Source: Mobula hypostoma
Taxonomy: Eukaryota
Assembly: GCF_963921235.1 (NCBI RefSeq)
Contig: NC_086097.1
Location: 105,898,001-105,962,000, forward strand
DNA: 64,000 nucleotides
Direction of reading: 5' to 3'
Part shown: positions 24,380 to 36,927 of the stretch, piece by piece
Position numbering within the stretch: position 1 is the first letter of the stretch
Layout: the number at the start of each line of letters is the position of its first letter
Translations under genes and position numbers: made by a program
The notes under the pieces: model-generated
Told to the model about the DNA's origin: nothing
The model's database searches: none
The model's input: only the letters and a program-made list of their open reading frames with translations

Positions 24380-24830
24380 GTCCACATCCTTCCATTCCTG
24401 GACACTCAAGTGCCTCTTAAACACCTCTATTGCATTAGCTTCCATCACCACCTCAAGCAGCACATTCCAGGCATCCACCACTCTGAGTGAAAAATGCTTC
24501 CCATATACCTACCTACCTGCTCTCACCCTAACTACATGCTTTCTAGTATTAAAGATTTTAACCTTGAGTAAAATTTACCATCTGTCTGTTCTATCTATGC
24601 GTCTAATAAACTTCAATCAGGTGCTCCCTTTCCCACCAACACTACAGAGAATTAAAAGTCCAAGGGCATGCCCTCTAATCCAGGCAGCATACTGGTAAAC
24701 ATCTTCTGTATCCTCTCTGAAGCCTCCACATCCTTCCTGTAATAGTGCGACCAGAATTAAATGCAATATTCCAGGTGCAGCCTCACCAGAATTTTAAAAC
24801 ATTGCAACATAAATTCCTGATTGTGGACTC
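24380..24830 (-). mobile_element. Old CR1 3' fragment
   Basis: Similar to 4400-4870 (CCACCACTCTGAGTGAAAA, AATCCAGGCAGCAT, GCCTCCACATCCTTCCTGTA). Confidence 0.75.
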
Positions 24831-25439
24831 AATGCAGAAAAAGCAGTGGAATGAGAAGGCAGGTGTGTTGGCATCTCACATCCTCATTTTAAATGTTTGT
24901 ATTCTGACCTGTACAATTCTCCATGGCAGCAAATCTCTCAGGACCCACCATCTGAAGATCGGGACATTCTGATCGTTTAGTCTAGGGTTTCCTCTAACAG
25001 TAAGGAAGAACAACTCCATTTTGGTGTGTCCTGGGATCAGATTTCTTTGTGACCAGGAGGCACAAGGGGGCATAAGGTCCTGTCTGTCGGTGAGTATGGA
25101 GTTCAAAGCTGGAAGTCAGGATCCCATCATCAGCTAGTCTGGGTGTCAATACCAAAATTTAAAGCCCAGAAGTAGAATGGAAATCCAGAGGTCAAATCCT
25201 GATGGAGATTGCAGACTGGAGACCTGCCCCGGAGCTGGAAAACTGATGGTCTGTGTGGATAAGTGTGAGGGAGCATGGGGAGGAGGGATGGAGTTCATTT
25301 CTCTGTTGTTGTTTTGTTGTTCGTTGTGTTATGCGTTGTTCTGACAAGCATTGTGGGCGCGCTGTGTTGGCACCGGAATGTGTGGTGACACTTATGGGCT
25401 GCCCCCAGCACACCCTCAGATGTAACACAAATGATACAT

Positions 25440-25955
25440 TTGGAAAAAGTTCCTGAACTCATATGACAAACTCTTTCCCATCCTCGCTTTTACAGTTTGG
25501 GAATCCCAGTCAGTATGTGGAAAGTTAAAATCTCCTACTATCACAACCTTATGTATCTTGCAAAGGCTTGCGATCTCATGGTCATAGCTTTCTTATTCCT
25601 CACTAGACAAAATCTCCAGTCTGTCCTGACTGAGCACTGCCATGACACCTTCCTTGACCAGTAATGCCACTGTTCCCCTTTTAATCCCGCCTGCTCTATC
25701 ATAAACAATGGAACCTGCCTGGTATATTGAGCTGCCAGTCCTGCCCTTCCTACTAAAGCCACTGTATCATATTTCGATGTGCTGATCCGAAGCTCATCCA
25801 CTTTTCCTACAACACTCATTGCATTGAAATATCCACAGCTCAGAACATTACTCCCACCATGCTCGACCTGACTTTGCATGTTGGCTTAGCATTATCTTTC
25901 TCCACAACCATTCCACTATTTTTTCTGGCTATCTGAATCTGGTTCCCATCTCCAG
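25440..25955 (-). mobile_element. Old CR1 endonuclease-region fragment
   Basis: Minus-strand YFNAMSVVGKVDELR resembles CR1 EN YFNARSI.NK.DELR. Confidence 0.7.
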
Positions 25956-26349
25956 CAACTATTGTATTTTATTGCCTATTGCTTTTCTCTATGTAGTTTC
26001 AATGGGTCAGAAACAGACGTCCCACACCCTGTAATTGGTTTCACTAGCCACCAAGTAAAATTTTGTGTCTTGAAGACTGGTTCTTATTTTAGTTAATCTA
26101 TAATTATGCTATGCATAATTCACAACTCTAGAATGTTCCATACAGTCCTCAGAAATTAATCAGAATCTACCATTTCTCCAGATGTGTGGAAGTCACGATG
26201 CTCAGTGACAGATCGTTAATACTGTCCGTCAAAGTTCAGTGCAGAGGGAGAGATCAAGTCTTTCTTCTAGTCCTTTTCTTGATCTTCCTTGCTTAACACT
26301 CCCCCTCACACCCAAAAATCCTCCCACTGGATGGACAAAAATAAAGTAA

Positions 26350-26657
26350 AGGCATCCATTAGTCTTGCAACACCATGGATCTGCGCCTGGAAAGTCTTCA
26401 CTCTCCAGGGTGCAGGCCTGGGCAAGGTTGTATGGAAGACCAGCAGTTGACCATGCTGCAAGTTTCCCCTCTCCATGACACCAATGTTGTCCAAGGGAAG
26501 GGCATTAGGACCCATACAGCTTGGCACCAGTTTCATCGCAGAGCGATGTGTGATTAAGTTCCTTGCTCAAGGACACAACATGTTGCCTCGGCTGGGGCTC
26601 AAACTCACGACCTTCAGGTCACTAGTCCAATGCCTTAATCACTTGGCCACGTGCCCA
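26350..26657 (-). mobile_element. tRNA-derived CORE-like SINE
   Basis: Head GGGCACGTGGCCAAGTGATTAAGG...GTGAGTTTGAGCCC (A and B boxes); TGTGTCCTTGAGCAAGGAACTTAA CORE-like block; same family as 39775-40086. Confidence 0.8.
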
Positions 26658-27049
26658 CAGATGGGCAAAAGTAATCTGCAGGATAAGAAGGAAATTGGTT
26701 AGTTTTTGTAATATCCAGGTCAGTAATTAACAGAACTGCTGTTCCACTGCTCCAGCAGTGCAGAATCCCTGTAACACCCCAACTTCAATCACTGAGTGGC
26801 AGTAGGCAGATGGTGCTTGCATACGTGCACATTTGGAAATGCTGCAAACTATTACTGATTCCATCACTGAAATACAATATAAACATCCAGAAAATCGAGC
26901 CCTTGACTAACCTGATCCCAATGCACAACATTTCTCCCCAAAAATCAAGTTCCAGGACAAAACGTGGTCTTGAGAACCACTTGTCTTCAAAGGGAGACAG
27001 TGAAGATGAATGAGCCAACATGGTCTTCTGCCATCTGAGGAAAATGCCA

Positions 27050-27680
27050 ATCGATATCTGGAACCAGGCTCTTAGTCTGTCAAATTTCAAACATCCATGA
27101 ACCCTGCTCCACTGTCTGCTTTAGAGATGTAGCTAGCCTACAGTAGGTTCATAAAGCATTGGAAAAGCTTCCGAATCCACCAGGATGACAGGCTGGTCAA
27201 GCAGTGATAGCAGGAGTCTGACACTATTATAAGTGTCAGGCTCTTCTCCCACACCAATGTCCCCAGCTTATCACAGTTAACCAGTTTTGGTTAACGCCAG
27301 GCTCCTGACATGAAAATTTGACATAACCTCTGCCATGGGCTGTGATTCCAAGAAAAACAGAAGGCATGCTTCAAGAACATCTTCAAAGTTTCCTTCTAAA
27401 AATACAACACCCTCATAAACTTATAGGAATCTCTGACCAATCTCAAACTGGCAGAGGATTATTTGGGAAAGCACCAGGTTCTTCAAGTAATTCCAGTGGA
27501 GCAATCGGTGGTAGAGAAGTCCGATAACCTAGTCAACCATCCGTCTGCTGGATCAAAACCCTCCTGCTCCATCTGTGGAAAGGTTTGCAAGTCTCAGTAC
27601 TGGCCTCCATCACTTCAGGAGCCACAGGAATGGACTATAAACAAGTTATCTTAGCTCCAAGGAAATGCCTAAACAGACAG
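27050..27680 (+). mobile_element. Degenerate RTE-like LINE 3' fragment
   Basis: C-terminal CSICGKVCKS zinc-finger-like peptide near 27565; otherwise heavily decayed. Confidence 0.45.
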
Positions 27681-28283
27681 AAGAAGACACAACCCTGTCA
27701 GCAGACTGATGAGTGGAGACGTTAAGTGGGCATGTGCTGATGGTAATCAGAAAATTTGTCTTGTCACAAAAATGTGATGTTCTAGCACTAGGGAAGATGT
27801 GGCTACTATCTTGTCTCACTGGTTTCAGACCTTATTTCAGATACTCTCTGTGTGGAGTTTGCATTGTCTTTCCTGTGACCATGTGCATTTCCTCTGGCTG
27901 CTCTGATTTCCTCCCACATCCCAAGGATAATTAACCGATACAAATTGTCTCCTTATCAGCAGGTAAGTGGTAGAAATTGGGGGAAGATCTTTTAAATGGG
28001 AATGCATTTCAATTTCCCACCCTTTTCTACAACCGGCCTGTCAGACATGCATATCATGTGCCAAAGATGTGGAGCACTGGTATGACTCATCTCTACTCTA
28101 TTTTTTTCCCATAATTCCATGTAGATTAATCGGGATCAATAGTTGTAAGTGAGAAAATCACCTAATGGTCTATACTAAATATGAGCTTGCTTTTAATATG
28201 CATACATATTGCTAACCAAAGTAATAATGTAAGAACTTGAAAAGCTGAAATAATCAAAAAGTATACGTGAATAAACAGATTTA

Positions 28284-29362
28284 CAGGTATTGATTTTAAC
28301 GAACGTTTTGATGACAAACTCTGCCATCTTCTTCAGGGATGATGCCAGGGCATGCCTAGTCCAGTGACATTTATATGTCCGTTGTCTGTCCCTCCTGATT
28401 GGTTAGTCCTCAGCCAATCAGGTTTCAGTAGTTTTGTGCCATCAAAGTCAATAATCTGTCAGAAACCGGACAGTAGCCTTGGGCATGGCGTCTATCAGAA
28501 ACCCATTCACACAGACTTGTACCCAACAATAATAGCCGCCATCTTGCCTCCCAACATTGAGAGTTACTTCGATTAACCGTGCAAAAACTATTTTGGAGCC
28601 GGAGGGTCTCCATGAGGAAATATGATGATTTTTCATGACATTCCTACGGAATGGCTACAAGGTGAAGGAAATCAACCAGGCCCTTAAAAGGGCTGACAGA
28701 AAAAAACAAAACAGGAAACTGTCGCTACTGCCTGTCTTCCCTATATTTCCAATGTTTCTGGAAGGATTGCCAGGGCCCTAAAGAAATACCGGATTAATAC
28801 CATCCACAAATCGTAAGGAAGCTCAAATCACAGCTTATGCAGTCAAAGATGACCTGGAACTCAGGACGGCTGGCATTTACAGGATTACCAGTGCTGGTGG
28901 AGCAGCGTATATCAGCCAGACGGGATGCATGGTGGAAAGCCGCATCAAAGAGCACAGGAGGCGTATCCATTTGGGGTTCCCGGAGAAATTGGCGGTAGCA
29001 GAACACTACATTCACAATGGCTTCACATTCCATTCACATTGACTTCGATGATTCAAAACTACTGTGCCGCACTAATGGCCTTTGGGACCACCTGGTAAAG
29101 GAAGCCATTGAAATAAAACTAGAGAAAAAGAATTTTAATGAAGACGAAAGTCTTGCTCTAAGCAAGAACTGAAATTTGATTTTAAACAAGGTGGAAGAGC
29201 GGAAACCTGATTGGATGAGGACTAACCAATCAGGAGGGATGGATGACAGGGATATAAATACCACCTGACTGGCATCATCTCTGATGAAGATGGAAAAGTT
29301 TGTCATTGAACTGTCAGTTAAAATTGATAATTTTACCTGGCTGGAAACCTGAGAAGAGTTTG
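28284..29362 (+). mobile_element. 5'-truncated Penelope-like element (Poseidon-type) with an inverted pLTR at its 5' end
   Basis: GHGVYQKPIHTDLY thumb motif, LPYISNVSGRIARALKKY, GIY...AYISQTG...RIKEH GIY-YIG remnants. 28284-28426 is the reverse complement of about 29203-29340. Confidence 0.88.
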
Positions 29363-29406
29363 GTTTTTAAACAAATGTTTATTTCAGAAATAAACTCTTC
29401 TCAGGT

Positions 29407-29466
29407 TTCTCTTCTCTTCTCTTCTCTTCTCTTCTCTTCTCTTCTCTTCTCTTCTCTTCTCTTCTC
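29407..29466. repeat. (TTCTC)n microsatellite
   Basis: About 12 pentamer units. Confidence 0.98.
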
Positions 29467-29674
29467 AACCAACCATTATAATGCAACTGTAATCTTTAGG
29501 TGAAAAGCATCTACTGTAAATCCAATTAGTCAATCTTTAATCATGACTGACAAAAAGATTCCTCCTGATGGTGATGGATTGTTGTGTAGATTTTAATATT
29601 TACATCAAAACAGTAGGAGCTATAGAATTATGTATTGCTAGAGTTAAAACCAAGAAAATCCCAGAGATCACAGG

Positions 29675-30078
29675 CACAAGAGATTCTCCAGATGCTGGAA
29701 ATCCAGAACAACACACACAAAATGCTAAAAGAACTCAGCAAGTCAGGCAGCATCTAAGGGCGGGGGGAATAAACTCCATTATCCCTCCACCTTCCCTTTC
29801 TCCCTTGCTCTCCACTCCTCTCACTTTCCTTCCTCTTCAGACTTTTACCTTTCCACCTGGTACCTCTCACTTCATCCCCCTCCCCCACCTACCCACCTTC
29901 CCCATCACGTGGCTTCACCTATCATAACCTTCCCCCCACCTTCTGATTCTGGCTTCATCTACCTTCCTTTTCACATCTGATTAATATTCTCAGCCCCAAA
30001 ACTTTGGCTGTTTATTCCCCTCCATAAGTGCTGCCTAACTTGCTGAGTTCCTCGAGCATTTTTGTGTCGCCCCAGATA
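29675..30078. mobile_element. Fold-back Penelope pLTR remnant
   Basis: Inverted pLTR head at 29675-29775, then a CT-rich sense tail ending TGCTGCCTAACTTGCTGAGTTCCTCGAGCATTT. Confidence 0.7.
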
Positions 30079-30374
30079 TTGCAAAAAGGCATGCAGTAAC
30101 TTTAAAAGTAGAATTTGGAATCAGGTAGCTGACTCTCGGCAAGGCTGAAGATAATAGGAGAATTCTACTTGGCTGGATTATAGAATCTTAATTGGGAAAA
30201 TAAATGAGAGCCTCTGTTGGAGAAATCGGCCTCAATTTCCTATCAATTTGAGCCAGGAAGATAGAATACCTGAAGTAAAAAATTACAATGAAATCGATGT
30301 TGTTTGCAGTGTAATGCTCCCTTGATATATTCCTCAGATATTATCAGCAGGGTCGTGCCAGCAATTTGTGGAAT

Positions 30375-30640
30375 AGGATGGCACAGTGGCACAGCAAGTA
30401 GAGGTGCCCCCAGAGACATGGTTTCAGTCATGACCGCGGGTGCTGCCTGCGTGGCATTTGCAGCTACTGTCTGTGACTCAGTTTGCTCCAGATGATCAAA
30501 TTTCCTTCCACATCTAAAACTGTAGATTAATTGGTAAAATCTGTGGGAAGAATATTTTAAAATGGGATGAATGTAAATGGATGGTTGAGTTTAGCACTAA
30601 CTCTACAGATGAAAGCTCTTGGTTTCACTCGCTGACTCTG
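30375..30640 (+). mobile_element. Degenerate V-type SINE
   Basis: GGCACAGTGGCACAGCAAGTAGAG head and TTTCCTTCCACATCTAAA V-domain remnant. Confidence 0.5.
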
Positions 30641-31587
30641 TGTCACATTATTTAATGCAAAATACAAATGGGTTTCAGTTAAATGACGTACAAGGACTGT
30701 TTCCACAGAGAGGAAGGAATACTCGACAGCGAGTGAAGAAAACACTTTCATACAATCAGTACATCACCAAAACCTCTCAAATTCCTTCACATTTCAAGTT
30801 AATTTTATCATACAATAACATTTGTTTTGTTGACAAATATGTAATTTTGTTCAAGGCCAAATGACAACATTTATGATCTTACATGTTATTCCTCTCCAGG
30901 CCTTGGCGTGTCGCGAGGCAGCCTTGCCATTTCTTTAGGTGAAAAAGATCTGGGCAATTTGTGAAAACAGAATTTGAGTATCAGTGTGGAAGAAGGGTCA
31001 ATCAAAGGATTAATAAACTAAATAGCTAGGTTGCACTATTCCAATGAAATCTTGTTACCCAATGTTTCATGGACAGCAGTCTTTCACAACAAAGATGCAG
31101 CACTGAATGCAGATGGCTCAAAAGAGGAACATGCACTGTCTGTTCTCTGATTAAAAATACCTTGTGCTAAGGATGTACTTACTTGCTCCTGGCTACGTAG
31201 ATCAGCTTGTGTAACAGAATCACTTGCATGCCAGTAGCCACCTGTTTGGAAGTATAAGTATATACCAAGTTTGTTCTATAACGGAGAAGCGTGCACATTT
31301 CTGCAGACTCTCTATGATATTGCTGCTTGAAGTCTGGTCTCTAAAGTCATTTTCCTTTCACAATCAGTTTCTTATGTTCCAAAATGATTTTGTCTGTAAG
31401 GTAAAGGAAAGGGAAGCAGGTCCAATAGTAAATTTGAGGCAGGTAGTGAGCAGGGTAATTCAGTCTGAATGACGAGCACAGGAATGCTGGGCAAAATGGC
31501 ATCCTAGTGTGCTCTACAGCTTAACGGGAGAACATACAATTCGAACTAATGTTCCCACTATATTTAAATACAACAGACATGTTTATT

Positions 31588-32094
31588 GGACATTCTTGTT
31601 ATTGAGGGAGTGTAGTGTAGGTTCACAAGGTTAATTCCCAGGATGGCGGGACTGTCATATGTTGAACGATTGAAGTGACTGGGCTTGTATACACTGGAAT
31701 TTAGAAGGATGAGAGGGGATCTGATTGAAACATATAAGATTATTAAGCGATTGGACACGCTGGAGGCAAGAAGCATGCTCCCACTGATGGGTGAGTCCAG
31801 AACCAGAGGCCACAGTTTAAGAATAAGGGGTAGGCCATTTAAAGCGGAGTTGAGGAAAAACTTTTTCACCCAGAGGGTGGAGGATATGTGGAATGCTCTG
31901 CCCCAGAAGGCAGCAGAGGCCAAGTCTCTAGATGCTTTCAAGAAAGAGATGGATAGAGCTCTTAAAGATAGCAGAATCAAAGGTTATGGGGATAAGGCAG
32001 GGACTGGATGCTGATTGTGGATGATCAGCCATGATCACAGTGAATGTGAAGGGCCGAATGGCCTACTCCTGCACCTATTGTCTATTGTCTATTG
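31588..32094 (+). mobile_element. CR1 3' end
   Basis: LEFRRMRGDLIETYKI...RKNFFTQRV...WNALP; (CTATTGT)n tail. Confidence 0.93.
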
Positions 32095-32139
32095 TTCATC
32101 TAAACAGGAACATTTGGCCTTCGTTTAGTGTTCTCTCCA

Positions 32140-32290
32140 CAGGGTGGCATCTTTGATGATGTAGCATCTCTCCGTACTAACCTGAAGTGATTATGTCAGC
32201 CTAGATTATGTGCTCAAATCCTGCTTTGCAGCTTGAAACCATAGCTTTGTGACCCTGGGGTGACAGTGGTATTAACTGGGGTGAGCTGAC
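32140..32290 (-). mobile_element. Possible ancient tRNA-headed SINE remnant
   Basis: TGTCAGCCTAGATTATGTGCTCAA...CTTGAAACC...AGCTGAC resembles old vertebrate SINE heads; recalled similarity only, not searched. Confidence 0.4.
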
Positions 32291-33461
32291 AATGGTGACT
32301 GTAGAGTAGCATCTGAAGTACGCTGGGAGGAGGTTGCTTCTCTGCCTTCTTATCTTGGGAGAGTGAATGACATCAGGGATTGAAAAGAGAGAAAAAAAAC
32401 TTTTTCTTCAAAAATAAAAGGTGAGGAGTAGGTTATTAAAAACTTTTTAAAACGGATCATGGCAAACACATGATTTTTGGTAAGTGAAGTCTTCTAATCC
32501 TTAATTTAAGCGAATGGCTTCATGGGCATTGCAGCTTTTAAATCAAAGTTTATCATCTAACACCATAAAGCCAGTCCCTTACAGGGATTATGTTCCGTAT
32601 ATGATCCCTTCAGCTCTGTAACCCTTTCCCTGCATGAAGTTTTCCAATCGTGCAAATAACTTCTTAATGCAAAGAACAAGCTTGGCAAGGCCAAAATGCT
32701 TGTCATTTTTTTATTTTAGGGATCCGTTTTGGATCAAACTAATCTGATTTTATTTTAAACTATTTCTAATGAATAAATCCTCTGGATGCTGTTCCTACTA
32801 AGAAGTCTGTCAATGCAGAATGTTCTGCTAACATTCTGACACAGGAGCTGAGCTCACAGCAGGGAAATTGCTTAACAGGGAGCAAAGATCAGAAACAAGC
32901 CTGTGACATCCATGCCCTGCTCCTCAGACACCTGCTTTCTTTGAGATAGCTTCTACAGGATGACCGAGGTTGCTAACATTTAATTTTCTCTTAGATTTAC
33001 TGTTCTCTATTTTCCTGCATTGAAACAACAATGACAGTTCGCATCTTATAAAAATTTCTGGAGCATCTTAAGAGAGTTGAAGTTCCTGCTCATGTAAATC
33101 TTTCTTCCTTTCAGAGGGGGAGAAAGGCTAAGCAGCCTTCCTCTGGTTATCTTGTGAAGTGGAACACATATGCAAAGCAGAAAATAACATTCTGCATGCA
33201 ACTCAATTTTTGCCTAAATATAGAAGAGTTCAAACATTGAGTATTTCTGGATTGTTGCTTATGATGGTAGTCACCAGAGTTTCACAATGAGCGGTGACAC
33301 CAGCATTACAGTCAAATTCAACAGAATGTTTCAAAGACGTGTACAGCAATAATTCTAGTGTCTCAGTAAGCAGCTACACAATGCTGTGAGAATTCCTGTC
33401 ACAGGACTCTCATTGTGACCAATGATATAAGTAAAATTGGAAAGAACTTTCCTTAAGTGAA

Positions 33462-33786
33462 AAGCAACGCACACAAAATGCTGGATGAATTCAAAAGGTC
33501 AGGCAGTATCTATGGAAAAGAGTTAACAGTCAGTGTTTCCAGCTGAAACTTTTCATCAGGACTGAGAAGGACGGGGGAAGATGCCAGAATAAAAAGGTGG
33601 AGGGGAGGGGAAAAGGCTAGCTGGGAAGTGATAGATAAAGCCAGGTGGGTGGGGAAAAGTCATGGGCTGGAGAAGAAAGAATATGATCACAAAAATGAGA
33701 TGCTGTCTGACCTGCTGAGTTCCTCCAGAGTTCTGTGTGTGTTGCTTTAGATTTCCAACATCTGCAAACTATCTTCATATTTGTGG
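33462..33786. mobile_element. Fold-back Penelope pLTR insertion with a 14-bp TSD
   Basis: TTTCCTTAAGTGAA (33448-33461) and TTTCCTTAAATGAA (33787-33800); inverted pLTR ends; degenerate hammerhead at 33527-33564 (-). Confidence 0.8.
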
Positions 33787-35691
33787 TTTCCTTAAATGAA
33801 TAAATTTAGATTAACCTCTATTTTGCTATCCGAGAAACGAGAATTTCATGAGTATTTCAGTAACTAATATGTCAGTGATTAGGATCTTAGCGAGCAAGCA
33901 CGTCTCTACCAGGCTGACCAGATCTGCACAATGATCAGTGGTATCAATGCCAGAGTGATCAATACTTAATAATCAGAGATATCAGAATTTCAGTGAGCAA
34001 CATCACACAGACCAGAACATTTCAGACATGTGCATCAGAGTGACACAATGGTCAGTGATCTCGGCATCACAGCAGCCAGTGTAACATGAAGAAGGGATGT
34101 TAGAGAACAATGTCACAGTGACCAAGGATGCCAGCATCTCAGGGAACAATATTGTCAGTATCACAAGGAAAAGATTATCACAATGACTGGTGTTGTCAGC
34201 AAGCAACACCTTCAGTATTGCAGTAACAAAGTGATCTGAGTGTCTTAGCAGCCAGTGGTCAATGAAATTAGCATTACCAATCAGAACCACATTAGCAGAG
34301 TATCCCAATCGACTGGTACATTTAGTATCTCAAAGATCACATGGACTAAGGTTTCACATGGACTAGGACAATCAGCATCACACTAGCAGGCACTGCAGAG
34401 GCTTGTGTTGTTGTTCGTGATGTGAACAAAATCACCAGAGAGAGACTGGAGCAAGTGGATATAAAGTGGGTTATTCAACAAAAATGAGCATCAGGCATCA
34501 TTTTGAGGCCCTCTCGGAGGAAGAGGCCTGCTCGACCCCAATATTACATGACATTTTTTATGCTAAAGATCAAAGGCCAATTCTATATTTACAATGTATC
34601 TACAATGCTTCCTTTGAATTACATATAACTTTCCCACCTCCTTCTTCGCACCCACACTCCAGACACCCAAAATGATGGATAAGCAGAAATATCTATGTTT
34701 TCAATTAGAGTTCAGAGCTCTAGGAATCTATTGTCCAAGGCTGCATTTTAAATTTAATCTACAGTCCATGTTCAGGTCTAAAGATTGGTTGCTGAAGTTA
34801 ATATTTTGCAATATGCCCTAAATCCAGAATATGCCATAACAATGTCAATATTTCATTGTTTAGTATATCATGAAGATTGGTGATTTCAGTATCTCTGTGA
34901 CTAAGATCGTAACCAAAGGATCACAGTAGCCATTTCACAGACCAGACTGTGGAAGTAACCAGTGATATGATTTATTTATTTTATTTAGAGATACAGAGAA
35001 GAATCAGCCTTCCGGTCCTTCAAGTCATGCTGCTCAACAACCTCAACAATTCCCCATTTGACCCTAACCTAATCAAGGGAATATTGTAGGATTTTGGGAA
35101 TAAAACATGTAAGAATCGTTTTGTGTATTTAACAAATGCCACAGGCCTTTACTTCCATTACGAACAAACTAAACGCATTCACTGATATCATTACGTCGAC
35201 CCGTCTCTAAAAGTGAACAAAACAATGACAGTGTTTGTGAACTATTAGAACAGTTTCTATTATGAACGATATGCATCATGTGTCACCCTACACAGGGTCC
35301 CCCAAAATTCACCAAAACCAGCATTCTGAGTCTGTCTGGACCTTATACAAGCTACCCAGCTCGGGTTCTATGTGCCTTGCTTGAAGTAACAGCAGGTGCT
35401 CTGGCTCACCCAGGGGTGTCAGATACACACATGGCCATGTCGTGATGAAGAGTCAATGGTAGTGGGGGAACCATCCAGGTCTTGGTGGGCTGGCCTAAGG
35501 TAATCTTAAGCCAGCCCACCAAGCTTACCCTTCCTATCTACGGTAAAAGTCTTTTCACTTTATTCCAAAATGTGGAACAGGCACTTGTGCTGAAGCATGC
35601 ATGGTAAAAATATAGAGCTAGTATTGTCTGGTTCGGATCTGTGGTGTGAGTCTGCTGGCGGCTCCACCAACAGGGTTCAGTGAGACTGGGA

Positions 35692-36610
35692 AATTGAATT
35701 GAATTGACTTTATTTCTTACATCCTTCACATACATGAGAAGTAAAAATCTTTATGTTGCATCTCCATCTAAATGTGCAATGTGTAATTTATAGTAATTTA
35801 AAATAAATAGAATGTACAGTAATATATACAACAGAACAGTCAATATAACATAGAAATACAGTTGTGTCAGCATAACTTAATTAGTCTGATAACCTGGTGG
35901 AAGAAGCTGTCCCAAAGCCTGTTGGTCCTGGCTTTAATGCTGCGGTACTGTTTCCCGGATGGTGGCAGCTGGAACAGTTTGTGGTTGGGGTGACTCAGGT
36001 CTCCAGTGATTCTTCGGGCCCTTTTTATGCACCTGTCACTGTAAATATCCTGAATTGTGGGAAGTTCACATCTACAGATGTGCTGGGCTGTCCGCTCTAC
36101 TCTCTGCAGAGTCTTGTCATTAAGGGAGGTACAGTTCCCATACCAGGCAGTGATGCAACCAGTCAGAATGCTCTCAACTGGCCCCTGTAGAAAGTTCTTA
36201 GGAGTTGGGGCCCCATGCCAAACTTCCTCAACCGTCTGAGGTGAAAGAGGTGCTGTTGCACTTTTTTCACCACACAACTGGTGTGTACAGACTGCGTGAG
36301 GTCCTCGGTGATATGGATGCCAAGGAACTTAAAGCTGATCACTCTCTCAACCCCAGATCCATTGATGTCAATAGGGATTAGCCTGTCTCTATTCCTACTG
36401 TAGTCCACAACCAACTCCTTTGATGCGACATTGAGGGAGAAGTTGTTTTCTTGACACCTCTGTGTCAGGGTGATGACTTCTTCTCTGTAGGCTGACTCAT
36501 TATTATTTGAGATCAGGCCAATCAATGTAGGATCATCTGCAAATTTAATTGGCAAATTGGAACTGTGGGTGGCGACTCAGTCATGGGTGTGCAGAGAGTA
36601 AAGGAGGGGG
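35692..36610 (-). mobile_element. Rex1/Babar 3' half
   Basis: IKFADDPTLIGLI, FKFLGIHITEDL, ESILTGCITAWYGNC, LPPSGKQYRSI; (CAATT)n tail. Confidence 0.92.
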
Positions 36611-36927
36611 TAGTATTTTCACAGCATGAGCTCATAACAAGGTTTCTTTAATCAGAGCATCACAATGTTCCCGTTTGTTTGAAACCCAAATCATACCAAC
36701 CCTAAACGAAAGGGTGAAAGGTGTTTGTGAAAGGTGGCCTGCTCACCGCTGAGTCATGTGGCTGACAGCAGAGCTGGCTAACAAGCCGAGTTTGCATACG
36801 AGCCCAGTGAGGGGGCTACATGTATAGGTGAATTTTCAGAGTGACATATTTATCACATGCAGATGGGTCTTCTCACCACTCTGGCTGCAGTGGAGCTACT
36901 AAGTTATGCTATGACATCATAAAATTT

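Noticed and set aside
26575..26657. tRNA gene (also 39775 and 62452)
   Set aside because: A/B boxes run directly into SINE bodies, and I could not fold a complete cloverleaf.
30885..30944. Short exon between CTCTCCAG and GTGAAA
   Set aside because: Weak donor, a stop in one frame, and it looks like a small CpG-containing repeat scrap.
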